64,000 nucleotides of DNA from the IMG/VR virus record IMGVR_UViG_3300037541_000696, positions 1-64,000 of that record. One strand, given 5' to 3'. Position numbers and translations under genes: made by a program. Source of the stretch: a virus. The notes below the pieces were generated by a model that saw only the letters and a program-made list of their open reading frames with translations, was not told the DNA's origin and searched no databases. Within the stretch, counting starts at the first letter, position 1. Every line of letters starts with the position of its first letter. Below are positions 27,938 to 37,256 of this stretch, piece after piece.

Positions 27938-28051
27938 GCGGATAGGTGAGGCGCGATGCCAAATCTATCCGCTTTTTGATGCGACATCAAAAAGCTTTTT
28001 GCGATTGCTGTATTCAATGGCGCGATGCCAATGAAAGCGCAACTTTCAAAA
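27938..28051 (+). promoter_or_regulatory. Three GCGAY-loop hairpins in major capsid leader (cis-regulatory RNA)
   Basis: Loops at 27953, 27981 and 28022 on stems with different sequences. Confidence 0.75.
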
Positions 28052-28076
28052 CTGGCAACCCTTCTCATTACAGGTA

Positions 28077-29033
28077 ATGTCTTCCACTACACTTTGGTCT
28101 CATTTTGAGGCTCGCGCCGAACTTGGCGCTCCTGCCCTAGAGCTTGCTGCCCTTCAAATCCTGCGAAATGGTCCCCTAGCTGGCCTTATTCCGTGGGTAG
28201 ATATTGTAGGAATGACCTACAACTTCGCCCTTCAAGATGAGCTGCCCAAGGTTAAAGCTCGTCTATTTGATGAGGCAAGCGAGCGCGGACAGGGCACCAC
28301 CATGAAAGGTGCGCAAAATGTGCACATTTACAGCTATGATGTTCGCACTGATTCATCAAAGCTGGCGCTGCTTGGTCAGGGTACGCACAATCGGCAGGTA
28401 AAAGCCGCCATTCAATCGTTGCGGTTGGCAATCGAAAACGACTTCCTGAATGGGAACGATGCGCTTAGCGGCGGCCGCGAAATGGATGGAGTTCGCAAAC
28501 AAATCCCCGTGTCGCAACAGGTGGTCAATGCCAGCGGCGGCGCCGGGCTTAAATTGTCAAAACTCGATGAATTGATCGCCGAGGTAGATGGCCCCAACGA
28601 AGAGAAGGTACTCGTTCTTCCCAAAAAGCTGAAGACCAAATTTGGCGCGGCGGTGCGCAACATTGGGGTGTCCGGTCTTTACATTCAAGGGATTGACCAG
28701 CTTGGTCGATCCGCTCAGATGTACGACGGCGTTCCCCTGATTGAGACTGATGTTCGGGATGACAACACCCCGATTCAACCCTTCACTGAATCAAACAGTA
28801 CAACGACTATCTACTGTATGCGGCTCGGCGAAGGATTTACCAGTGGGATCCAATCTCCCGCATATAACGAAGCCGGTGAATTGACTCAAGGGCTTGTAAT
28901 TTACGACCTTAATGAGTCATTTACCACGGCAACACGCGCTACGCGATTCACTTGGCACTGCGGCGCTGTTGTAGAGGATCCGAACTCAATCGCTTCCCTC
29001 TCTGGCATCACACTTGCGGACATCACCGCTTGA
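28077..29033 (+). CDS. Major capsid protein (HK97 fold)
   Basis: 318 aa; FLNGN..EMDGV, LDELIAEV, YDGVPLIETD, IYCMRLG, SIASLSGIT. Confidence 0.9.
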   Translation: MSSTTLWSHFEARAELGAPALELAALQILRNGPLAGLIPWVDIVGMTYNFALQDELPKVKARLFDEASERGQGTTMKGAQNVHIYSYDVRTDSSKLALLGQGTHNRQVKAAIQSLRLAIENDFLNGNDALSGGREMDGVRKQIPVSQQVVNASGGAGLKLSKLDELIAEVDGPNEEKVLVLPKKLKTKFGAAVRNIGVSGLYIQGIDQLGRSAQMYDGVPLIETDVRDDNTPIQPFTESNSTTTIYCMRLGEGFTSGIQSPAYNEAGELTQGLVIYDLNESFTTATRATRFTWHCGAVVEDPNSIASLSGITLADITA

Positions 29034-29071
29034 TTTTGATCATCAAACCATTCAACCACTGAGGTCACTCA

Positions 29072-29566
29072 ATGTCTCGCCCTACAGGTATCTTTCTCCA
29101 ACGTCCCTATCTCCGCAGCCGCGAAAATGTTCTTTTTGGAGCCGTTCGTGATGGCGAAGGTGTAGCAGCCGAAACGCGCACTGGCGCTGCACGGCTGCTG
29201 CCGGATAAGCTCAATGGCCAATCCAATGCGCTGATTGTTGCTGTCGGAGCACTGTCTAATGCGTCCGGTGGCTACTGGATTGAAGTTGCGCATGTGCCGA
29301 TCGGTGGCACAATTTCTGATGCTAACCCTTCGGGATATGTCCGCATCGGCAGCATCTCTTTTGATGGGATGAATCCTACCGAAGCGATCTTCTCCAAGGT
29401 TCAACTGGAAAGTTTGATTAAGGCCAATGCCTCGCCAGCCCTGACAGTTGATCCGCGTGTTGTCGCCATCCGCCTTGTGGCTGGCACAGGCACGGGCAGC
29501 GGCCAAAATGGCCTTGCCGTTCCCACAAACGCCACTGGAGCTGTGATTCATTATCAGCCCACCTGA
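29072..29566 (+). CDS. Capsid decoration/minor capsid protein
   Basis: GAGG RBS; follows capsid gene; terminator downstream. Confidence 0.6.
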   Translation: MSRPTGIFLQRPYLRSRENVLFGAVRDGEGVAAETRTGAARLLPDKLNGQSNALIVAVGALSNASGGYWIEVAHVPIGGTISDANPSGYVRIGSISFDGMNPTEAIFSKVQLESLIKANASPALTVDPRVVAIRLVAGTGTGSGQNGLAVPTNATGAVIHYQPT

Positions 29567-29590
29567 TCTTGATTGCACATCTGATACAAT

Positions 29591-29613
29591 GGGAGGGTCA
29601 ATCCTCCCTTTTT
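29591..29613 (+). terminator. Intrinsic terminator of capsid operon
   Basis: GGGAGG-gtcaat-CCTCCC-TTTTT. Confidence 0.75.
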
Positions 29614-29629
29614 CTTTACCATAAAAATC

Positions 29630-29899
29630 ATGCTTGAATGTCAATCAAGTTTTTCACTTGCCACGAGCTGTGAAAAGATTGACTTTTGCTCACTGCAAAG
29701 AAAGCAATGGGAAAATGAAATTCACGCTGATCCCGTTCGTGTTAATTACGGCAATGGGTATGGCACAATGTTCCTTGAAGAACACACTTATTCAGATATG
29801 TTGCGTCACCTTATCAGTGATTGCGGATGGGATGAATTAAATATGATATTGCAAGGATTGAAAAACTACGATTCTAGTCAACTCCAAGAAATCACTTAG
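29630..29899 (+). CDS. Hypothetical protein
   Basis: ORF; TACAAT -10-like box at 29585. Confidence 0.5.
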   Translation: MLECQSSFSLATSCEKIDFCSLQRKQWENEIHADPVRVNYGNGYGTMFLEEHTYSDMLRHLISDCGWDELNMILQGLKNYDSSQLQEIT

Positions 29900-29922
29900 C
29901 ACATCATCACTCTAAAATCATC

Positions 29923-30147
29923 ATGACTTTTGCATTTAATCCTCACGCCAGTCAAGAAGCTAACGAAAACTTTGTTAGATCTTTAGGGCAAGAAAGTGAG
30001 CAAGAATCGCCACCTATTGAGGCGGCGGAGCCAAATCTTAAGCCAGTGCTTAATCTAAAGCCCAAGCGCCAACGCGCACGCGTTGAAGACGGCAAGTTTG
30101 CTGGCGACAATCCAGAGACACCACAAAATGAAGCATGGAAAGAATAA
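29923..30147 (+). CDS. Small protein with RARxxxGxF..DxPxTPxNEAW motif
   Basis: KRQRARVEDGKFAGDNPETPQNEAW. Confidence 0.7.
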   Translation: MTFAFNPHASQEANENFVRSLGQESEQESPPIEAAEPNLKPVLNLKPKRQRARVEDGKFAGDNPETPQNEAWKE

Positions 30148-30149
30148 TG

Positions 30150-30159
30150 CGGGAAAACT
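30150..30159 (+). promoter_or_regulatory. Late promoter box CGGGAAAACT
   Basis: 30 nt before ATG 30180. Confidence 0.75.
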
Positions 30160-30179
30160 AGGTCAACAAGTGTAACGCC

Positions 30180-30536
30180 ATGGCTTGGGTTACAAAAACT
30201 TGGGAAATGGAGCAAGGCAAAGATGCTTTGCTTCCTTTTAGATTTTGGCAAGATTCTGCCAAAACACAGCCATGGCCATTTATTGGATGGGATGTAAATG
30301 CAACTGTTAGCGATACAAGAGGGCGTAATGTATGGCCAGTTACAATAAGGGCAACACCTGAGAGCGGTCTGCTAGACTTGATTTTTCCTGAGAGTTTAGT
30401 AAATGCGCTTAAGGCTGGTAGGACTTATCGTTATGATTGCGGCGGCTGGCCCCCTGGGGCAACCGCAGCGGATGATCACTTCCTGGCCACAGGTCCCGTC
30501 ACGGTGGCGCTACGAACCTCTCGGAGGGATCCATGA
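30180..30536 (+). CDS. Tail fibre attachment/BppU-like protein
   Basis: EQGKD...YRYD...LATGPVTV pattern; precedes fibre. Confidence 0.55.
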   Translation: MAWVTKTWEMEQGKDALLPFRFWQDSAKTQPWPFIGWDVNATVSDTRGRNVWPVTIRATPESGLLDLIFPESLVNALKAGRTYRYDCGGWPPGATAADDHFLATGPVTVALRTSRRDP

Positions 30537-32749
30537 CCTGTCCGGCGGTAGTCGATGTAATCACTCCTGGCCCCCCCGGAATAGGGCTTCCGTCCGGAGT
30601 TGGATTCGCGGAGTATGCGATAGTCAAGGACGGGAATACACCTTATTTATATAAGCTAGTAAGCCTTGAGCAGGTAGGACTTCCTCAGGCTCTTGGTATA
30701 ACAGCCTCGCCTACATTTACTGGAATAACACTATCGGGATTTACCTCTGCCTCTGTTGGAATTGTAACATCCGGCGCCAATGGTCAACTTGCCAGGGTTT
30801 CAATTGGCAGTGGATTGTCTATCGTAAATGGTGCGCTAGTTGCTTCTGGAAGTGCAGGCACCAACCTATCTTATGATCCTGCTACAAGAATTCTCGCCAG
30901 TAGCACTGGAGACGATGTAACGCTACCGTTAGCCACAACACTAGCAGCAGGCCTGCAATCTGCAGCCGATAAAACCAAGCTTGATGCTATTACTGTAGAT
31001 ACAGCGATAAGAACTATAGAACGCGTCAGGAATACAACTGGAGCTGAAATTCCAAGGGGATCTGTTGTTCGTATTCCATCGCCTGGATCATCGGGAACTA
31101 CGCTGCTAGTTGCGCTAGCTGATGCATCCGAGGAGTCAACAGCAGCAAATACCTATGGTATTGCAGAAAATGCAATTCCGCATAATTCAGATGGTATTGT
31201 CGTAACATCAGGTGAACTTACTGGATTAAATACAGATCATCTTGTAGAAGGTGGATTGGTTTATTTATCTGAAATTGCAGGGCAAACAACTAGCACGAGG
31301 CCAACGCAGCCTGCGCATGGCGTTATTCTTGGATGGTGCATTAAAAAAGGGCCTGGCACAAGCGGCATTCTTGCTGTAAAGATTGCTAACGGCCAGGAAC
31401 TAAATGAGTTGCACGATGTTTTAATCAATAATCCAACAGAAGATCAATTTTTGCGCAGATCTGGTGATTTGTGGATCAACGAAACTGTTGATTTGTATTC
31501 AACTTTTGCTGCCCCACTTGGCTTTACCGTAACAGGATCTGATACTGCTTCAATCTCCCTGGCATTTTCCACTGGATATAGCCTTCCAACAACCGCCAAG
31601 CAAGGCGAATGGGACACGGCTTATTCTGAGCGCAATAGGTGGGATGGTGGATCTACAGGGCTCAATCAGGCCACTGGCAGATCAAGCCTAGGCCTTGGAT
31701 CTGCCGCGACGCGAGACGCAGGATCAACGCCAGGAAACGTTCCGATCCTAGATAGCAATGCCTTAATTCCTAGCATATTGCTGCCAGGATTTGTAGATGA
31801 CGTATTAGAATTTGCAAATCTTGCCGCATTTCCTACATTAGGAGAAAGTGGCAAACTTTATATAAGCCTAGCAACAAACAGACAATATAGATGGTCTGGC
31901 TCTGTTTATGTTGAAATCAATCCGTCACCAGGTAGCACAGATAGCGTACCCGAAGGTTCTATAAATTTATATTTTACGAGCGCAAGAGCCTCCGCCGCTG
32001 CGCCTGTTCAATCCGTAGCCGGCAAACAAGGCAGTGTCACACTTAGTGTTGATGATATTGCTAATGCTGTTTCAACGTCTGATTTACGTCTAACAGATTC
32101 GCGAGAATGGTCCGCTGAGACCATAGGACAGGCAGAGGCGGAGGCTGGAACTGCAACCACCCGTCGGGCGTGGACTTCAGAGCGCGTGCGCCAGGCAGTT
32201 CTAGGCTGGTGGAATTCGATCACTTCCAGCCTAGGCCGATCACTTGTGGGCGCCGCGACCCAGGTGGACGCCCGCAGTGTGATTGGCGCTGGCACTTCCA
32301 GCTTGGTCCTGGGAACCGCCGCCCCCCTTGGGCTGGCGGGCACGGCCGCAGCGGGCACGGCGAGCACTGCTTCCCCGAGTGATCACCAGCACCAGCGCGA
32401 CGCGACAACATTTATAGTCCCACTGTCATTTACGACAGCCCCGGCTGGGAATAGTGCCAACATTATAGCTAGGCTCTCTCTTCCATTCTCGTTCGACATT
32501 CTTTCAGTCACGCTCGAATGTGAATCGGCCGTTACAACAAACCCAATCATCGCCAATATCACTCTTGGTGGCACGACTATTTTTAGCACAAAACCACAGA
32601 TAAATGTAGGAGGAACGACTACTGGCAACACCCCAGTATTTTCTATTACAACCGGAGCCTCAGGAAGTATTTTGAGGTTCTACATTGACCAGGCAGCCGG
32701 TGGCGGTCTATTTTTAAACGCAAACGTTACGATCAGGAGGACCAATTAA
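30533..32749 (+). CDS. Tail fibre protein
   Basis: GLQSAADKTKLD, LNELHDV, GLGSAATRD, VDDVLEF..FP..GESGKLY, VQSVAGKQGSVTL, SDHQH modules. Confidence 0.85.
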   Translation: MTCPAVVDVITPGPPGIGLPSGVGFAEYAIVKDGNTPYLYKLVSLEQVGLPQALGITASPTFTGITLSGFTSASVGIVTSGANGQLARVSIGSGLSIVNGALVASGSAGTNLSYDPATRILASSTGDDVTLPLATTLAAGLQSAADKTKLDAITVDTAIRTIERVRNTTGAEIPRGSVVRIPSPGSSGTTLLVALADASEESTAANTYGIAENAIPHNSDGIVVTSGELTGLNTDHLVEGGLVYLSEIAGQTTSTRPTQPAHGVILGWCIKKGPGTSGILAVKIANGQELNELHDVLINNPTEDQFLRRSGDLWINETVDLYSTFAAPLGFTVTGSDTASISLAFSTGYSLPTTAKQGEWDTAYSERNRWDGGSTGLNQATGRSSLGLGSAATRDAGSTPGNVPILDSNALIPSILLPGFVDDVLEFANLAAFPTLGESGKLYISLATNRQYRWSGSVYVEINPSPGSTDSVPEGSINLYFTSARASAAAPVQSVAGKQGSVTLSVDDIANAVSTSDLRLTDSREWSAETIGQAEAEAGTATTRRAWTSERVRQAVLGWWNSITSSLGRSLVGAATQVDARSVIGAGTSSLVLGTAAPLGLAGTAAAGTASTASPSDHQHQRDATTFIVPLSFTTAPAGNSANIIARLSLPFSFDILSVTLECESAVTTNPIIANITLGGTTIFSTKPQINVGGTTTGNTPVFSITTGASGSILRFYIDQAAGGGLFLNANVTIRRTN

Positions 32750-32750
32750 G

Positions 32751-33266
32751 ATGAGCGAATATATCATTGCCAACAGTGAAACAGGAGAAGAAAAGGCTTG
32801 GCCGAGGAGGGCGGGAGAGGCTGTAATCGGCCTTCAGGAGCCCCCCTGGCACGTGCTGGAAGTGATTCGCGAGCCGACGCCTGAGGTGGCACCTGGACAG
32901 GTTGCCGTTCCGTCGAAAACGCAGGATTTCCAGAATGGCAGGCTGGTTTATGGCTGGCAAATGGAAGACCTACCCCCGCCAGGCCCCAAATACCAGGAAT
33001 TCTATGATGGCTTGATTGCCAGCAATGTTTATGCCAATGTGGTCTCGACTCCTGGGAAAACAGGAGACCAAGCGGCGGCAATGACTGTTTTTCTGGGAGC
33101 AATCTCAGAGGCAAAATCAGGCCGGGAAAATCGGCCGGCGCTGCAGTCTGCCATCTGGCGGTTGCTGGGCCAGATGGCGTTGACGGAGGCTGGCCTTGCG
33201 GAGTTGCAGGGCCTGATGAACGAAAACCACTTGGCTGGGATTTATCAACTGGAGCCACCGGGATGA
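32751..33266 (+). CDS. Putative tail fibre-associated protein
   Basis: Follows fibre; GC-rich segment. Confidence 0.55.
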   Translation: MSEYIIANSETGEEKAWPRRAGEAVIGLQEPPWHVLEVIREPTPEVAPGQVAVPSKTQDFQNGRLVYGWQMEDLPPPGPKYQEFYDGLIASNVYANVVSTPGKTGDQAAAMTVFLGAISEAKSGRENRPALQSAIWRLLGQMALTEAGLAELQGLMNENHLAGIYQLEPPG

Positions 33267-34006
33267 ATATAATTTATGTAGCAAATCGCCCTTTGTTTTC
33301 AAATATTATTCTTCCTTCAGAAATCACAACCGCTTTTTGGGGTGACGCTTCAGATGCGTCTACTGTAATAACATCTGGTGGGTTTTTGTCGCAATGGAAC
33401 GACAAAAGTGGTAATGCGAGACACGCCACGCAAGCGGTCGGATCTAGTCAGCCAGCCTATACCTTAAACGGGCAAAATAATTTGAACTGTCTAACGCTTG
33501 ACGGTTCCAATGATTGGCTTGCGCTTCCTAATTCAGTAGCTCCGACAGGACCCCATGCGGTTTTTGCTGTATGCAGACCTAACCATTCATCTTTGTCGAG
33601 TGGAATAATTATCAGCAGATCCTATAATTGGGGATCCTTTTATCTAAATTCCGCCACATTTGGCACATCTGCGTTTCATAACATAGGTGTCAATGGAGTC
33701 AGTGAAGCAAAAGCAACAGTAACAGGTTTGCAGAATAATACACTAAAAATGTTCACCGCAATTTATGATAATACAGCCGTCAGGCTTTCAGTGAACAAGG
33801 GACCATTCATAAGCACGCCATACACCCCAAATCTGACTTACCATGCAAACGATCAGGCTACAATAGGTGCACTGCGCGAAGGCACCGCAAACGTTTCCGC
33901 CTTGTTTAGGGGCGCTATGTGCGAGCTAATTGTTACACATTACGTTCCAACTTCTGAAGTGATCACAGGCATTCAGAACCATCTTGATAGGTGGTTTCCG
34001 ACGTAA
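33263..34006 (+). CDS. LamG/ConA-like domain protein (putative receptor-binding)
   Basis: WGDASD..SQWNDKSGNARHATQ..LTLDGSNDWL. Confidence 0.75.
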   Translation: MNIIYVANRPLFSNIILPSEITTAFWGDASDASTVITSGGFLSQWNDKSGNARHATQAVGSSQPAYTLNGQNNLNCLTLDGSNDWLALPNSVAPTGPHAVFAVCRPNHSSLSSGIIISRSYNWGSFYLNSATFGTSAFHNIGVNGVSEAKATVTGLQNNTLKMFTAIYDNTAVRLSVNKGPFISTPYTPNLTYHANDQATIGALREGTANVSALFRGAMCELIVTHYVPTSEVITGIQNHLDRWFPT

Positions 34007-34013
34007 TCAACAA

Positions 34014-34023
34014 CGGGAAAACT
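34014..34023 (+). promoter_or_regulatory. Late promoter box CGGGAAAACT
   Basis: 30 nt before ATG 34044. Confidence 0.75.
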
Positions 34024-34043
34024 TAATCAACCCTGCTAGGATC

Positions 34044-34307
34044 ATGGCGCCTTCTCCTCAGCAAGACAATCAACTATGGCGTTTCATGAATCAGCCTCTT
34101 ACGGCTGGCGTAATACTATTTCTTTTGAGCGTAATTTGTGCTGGATTGCTTAGAATTTCTAATCAACTAAACGAGCTGAGCGATGGTCAAAAATTAGGAC
34201 TAATTGAAATTGGCACTTTAAAAGAAAAAACTAATGAACTTGAAGCTAGCGATAGAAGACAAGACAAAGACATTGTGCTTTTGCAATACCAAGTTAGGCA
34301 GAGATGA
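34044..34307 (+). CDS. Membrane protein with coiled coil (holin-like)
   Basis: One TM segment then coiled coil; start re-assigned from late box. Confidence 0.55.
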   Translation: MAPSPQQDNQLWRFMNQPLTAGVILFLLSVICAGLLRISNQLNELSDGQKLGLIEIGTLKEKTNELEASDRRQDKDIVLLQYQVRQR

Positions 34308-34492
34308 GCAAGACATATATAGAGAAAGCATTTTGTGCGTGTGTGCTAATTAGTTGTATTGGTGGATTTGGTCGTGCTTTTTGTGGAACCACGCAATGCG
34401 CAGACGCATGGGGACAGGCGGCAGCAGGGGCACTATCCGCCGCAGGAGTGCTAGGAACTTATCTGGCTACCCCCCCATCAGGAGGACCCTGA
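34304..34492 (+). CDS. Small two-TM protein (holin-like)
   Basis: Two hydrophobic segments; last gene of late region. Confidence 0.45.
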   Translation: MSKTYIEKAFCACVLISCIGGFGRAFCGTTQCADAWGQAAAGALSAAGVLGTYLATPPSGGP

Positions 34493-35548
34493 TCACTCCT
34501 CCTCCAGGCGTCTGATCTGCTCCTGAATGACGCGCTTATACCATCCAGGCAGGACAGCGGGTTTAGCGGCCGTGTCATATCCAGGCCAATAATCAATCGC
34601 ATGGCTCCTGTGAATCTTATCAATTGCTAAGCGATATAAGCGCCGTCCATCACTTAACTGCTCTTCGGTCATATAATATCGGCCTATAAATTCAGGCATC
34701 GACATTTGTTTCTCGATTGCAACCCATTCAAATACAATAGGAAGAATGATCAAGCATCCATCCGTAAGGCCTAAAACCTGCTCAAGCGCTGCGCGACAAT
34801 ACCATATAGCATCATGATAAAATGCCGATTGAATAATATAAGCAAAACTAGCGATCGACTTACCGAAATGATCAGCACCTTCGCCAGCATCAAGAGCTGT
34901 TTTTATATCGCCAACCCAAATATGATCACTAAAAATCCTAATAGAATCAAGCCTTGCCTTGATTCGTCTTTTTGTTACAGGGTCAATATATGTAAACGTA
35001 ATTTCATTTAATATCCTATGCTCTTCTGTTTTTGCATACCTATACTTTAATACAGGATGACTCAAAAGGGCATTAGCGCAAGATACGCCCTTGTCATAAT
35101 TGGCTTGCGATACTACTTCCACACCTGGATTATCCTTTTCCCATTGCAGCCACTGGTCGTTAATCGCCTTATACTCCTTCCAATTTTCATGTGCCTTTGC
35201 CGGCTTGCCGCCCTTGGTAAGGGATGGCGGCTCTTCTAGTTGCTTGCTAGTTGGACGCGGCGGAAGATCTGGTCCTAATGAATATCGCGCATCAAATTCA
35301 TCCCATTCAAGCACCAAGGCATGTGCGATGTTGCCTTGAATAAAAGTATCCTTGTCTTCCCTAGGTGGTCTATTTGGGTCAATGTACTTGCGATAAGCAT
35401 GAGCCAGTGTGCCCCCTACAACTTCCTTGATTAAGGAAGAGTTGTCTCCCGGCAGGTCATCATAGGCTTCTCGCGGAAGCTTGCAAAAAACTTGAGGAGA
35501 ATCAAGTAGTTTGATTCCCCATTTTTGTTGCCAATCAACTTCATTCAT
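34493..35548 (-). CDS. RecE/exonuclease VIII-like PD-(D/E)XK nuclease
   Basis: GNIAHALVLE, E..KARLD, DIKT, YIIQSAFY motifs. Confidence 0.85.
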   Translation of the reverse strand: MNEVDWQQKWGIKLLDSPQVFCKLPREAYDDLPGDNSSLIKEVVGGTLAHAYRKYIDPNRPPREDKDTFIQGNIAHALVLEWDEFDARYSLGPDLPPRPTSKQLEEPPSLTKGGKPAKAHENWKEYKAINDQWLQWEKDNPGVEVVSQANYDKGVSCANALLSHPVLKYRYAKTEEHRILNEITFTYIDPVTKRRIKARLDSIRIFSDHIWVGDIKTALDAGEGADHFGKSIASFAYIIQSAFYHDAIWYCRAALEQVLGLTDGCLIILPIVFEWVAIEKQMSMPEFIGRYYMTEEQLSDGRRLYRLAIDKIHRSHAIDYWPGYDTAAKPAVLPGWYKRVIQEQIRRLEEE

Positions 35549-35690
35549 GACGATTCCTTAAAGTTGTTGCAATCGTCTCTAACGTGCACACTAATCTTTG
35601 TAGTCTGTCTGGATCTTTTGCTTTTTGAGCCTGAATCAAGGCTTCGATGCCTTGCTCAATAAGATCATTAGTTGTTGTTGTTTTGTGCAT
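35541..35690 (-). CDS. Small hypothetical protein
   Basis: MHKTTTTNDLIEQG...; start re-assigned. Confidence 0.45.
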   Translation of the reverse strand: MHKTTTTNDLIEQGIEALIQAQKAKDPDRLQRLVCTLETIATTLRNRHE

Positions 35691-35898
35691 TGAGTTTGCG
35701 AAGTAAATTTTCAAGATAATTAATACGTCTGTTTTTTTGATGAAGCAATTCAGATAATTGATGAAGCAGTTCAGATAACTTATTAAAGCGATAAGCATAC
35801 CTGCGCTCATCTAATGAAGGCCGGAAAAAATATCCGGCCACAAATCCAAATCCTCCTCCCGTGATCAGGAGGAGTAGGATCACTGTTTTAGCCTCCAT
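35668..35898 (-). CDS. Small membrane-anchored protein
   Basis: N-terminal TM; LSELLHQ duplicated (21-bp repeat). Confidence 0.5.
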   Translation of the reverse strand: MEAKTVILLLLITGGGFGFVAGYFFRPSLDERRYAYRFNKLSELLHQLSELLHQKNRRINYLENLLRKLNAQNNNN

Positions 35899-36118
35899 CG
35901 GGATCGTCAGGCTTGAAACTGCCGCTAAAATCGGACACGGCAAGCTGATAGCCATAGCACATTCCTAAATAAATCGCCTCTCGCCAAGCGGCGAGGTTTT
36001 TGACATTAGACTCGGGCACTTCCGGGTCCATCATAAGCGCAACTTGTGCCATGATGAACTCCTGTACTTCATGAGTAACCTGAAGATCCTTCAGTGGAAT
36101 AATTTGAAGCGCCATCAA
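35888..36118 (-). CDS. Hypothetical protein
   Basis: GGAG RBS; coupled ORF. Confidence 0.55.
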   Translation of the reverse strand: MMALQIIPLKDLQVTHEVQEFIMAQVALMMDPEVPESNVKNLAAWREAIYLGMCYGYQLAVSDFSGSFKPDDPDGG

Positions 36119-37221
36119 ACAAGTTCTCCTTGAACTTCATCATCATTGGATTCAGCTTGAGGCTGAAGATCGGCGATCTCTTCATGGCTTAAGATCTGCT
36201 CACCAGATCCAGACGCGCATCCGTTATTCCAGCGCTCTACCGACACTGAATTAGCAAGGCCGCTAATCACCGCCTTAAACTGATCGGCTGGTAGATCATC
36301 CAGGCGTTCCACCCCAAAACACGCGCATACATCCGCCTCGAACGCGCGAGCGCCAAGACCTGACAGTTGCTTGCTCATAGCCGCGTCTAATCGCGTGCGT
36401 TGTTCTTCAGACAGGGTAGCGGTCTCCTGAGTGGCGCCAGGGGATGCGGATTGAGCCCGCTGATAGGTTCCGGCAGGATCCACCTGAGCCATGAGGGGCG
36501 TCAGCGGAGGCGTTGAGCCCGTAATGGGTTGAGACTGAGGTTCAGACGAGTCCCCATCCGAAATGACCTTGCCGGTCATTTGCTGATAACAGCGAGACAA
36601 AAACTTTCTCGTGGCCTTGCCAATCAACTGATCTGCCGTGCTGTATGAATCGGCCTTAACCGGAATCGTCGCGCTAAACTCGCGAATTTTTCCACCTTGA
36701 TTCCATGTTGCTGAACATTCGACAACAGCGTTATTTTGCGCTATTGTGGGCACCCCTATCCTGATCTGCAAATCAGCAATTGGGGCCATTCTGATTAGAT
36801 GCTCAAAGCCTTCTTTGGTGCAATAACACCTTCCGGCAATGATATTAAATTGATTCCCGACCAGCTGCAACCCGCGAAGCAGCGCTTCAATAGCCGCCTC
36901 TTTTACGACTTCATAAGGGTAAGCAGTGTTTGGGACATAACTACCGTCTCTATTTTTCTTTTTTATTGCCGGATCTTTGTCCGTCCTAAATCCTAACGGA
37001 GTATCCCGTAGTGCAATTATAGCGTCTTTAATTCCTGGATCATCAAAGTATTGCCGCAATGCGTTCATAGCGGCTGCAGCCTGAATAGCTGCAACAATGC
37101 TGCCTTTTTCAGCTTCTGCATAAACAGAAATAGCAGAATTAGCAGCAGACTGCAAGCCAATTAGCGTATTTTCCGGAATTTCTAGCGCAGAAGACTTTCT
37201 TGGTGTGATTGCTGAATTCAT
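36115..37221 (-). CDS. Putative ssDNA-annealing recombinase (RecT-like)
   Basis: In operon with RecE-like nuclease; GLQLVGNQFNII.G..Y..KEG motif. Confidence 0.5.
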   Translation of the reverse strand: MNSAITPRKSSALEIPENTLIGLQSAANSAISVYAEAEKGSIVAAIQAAAAMNALRQYFDDPGIKDAIIALRDTPLGFRTDKDPAIKKKNRDGSYVPNTAYPYEVVKEAAIEALLRGLQLVGNQFNIIAGRCYCTKEGFEHLIRMAPIADLQIRIGVPTIAQNNAVVECSATWNQGGKIREFSATIPVKADSYSTADQLIGKATRKFLSRCYQQMTGKVISDGDSSEPQSQPITGSTPPLTPLMAQVDPAGTYQRAQSASPGATQETATLSEEQRTRLDAAMSKQLSGLGARAFEADVCACFGVERLDDLPADQFKAVISGLANSVSVERWNNGCASGSGEQILSHEEIADLQPQAESNDDEVQGELV

Positions 37222-37256
37222 AAAGACGGATCGTGCGGGCCCTTTCGGGTAATCTT

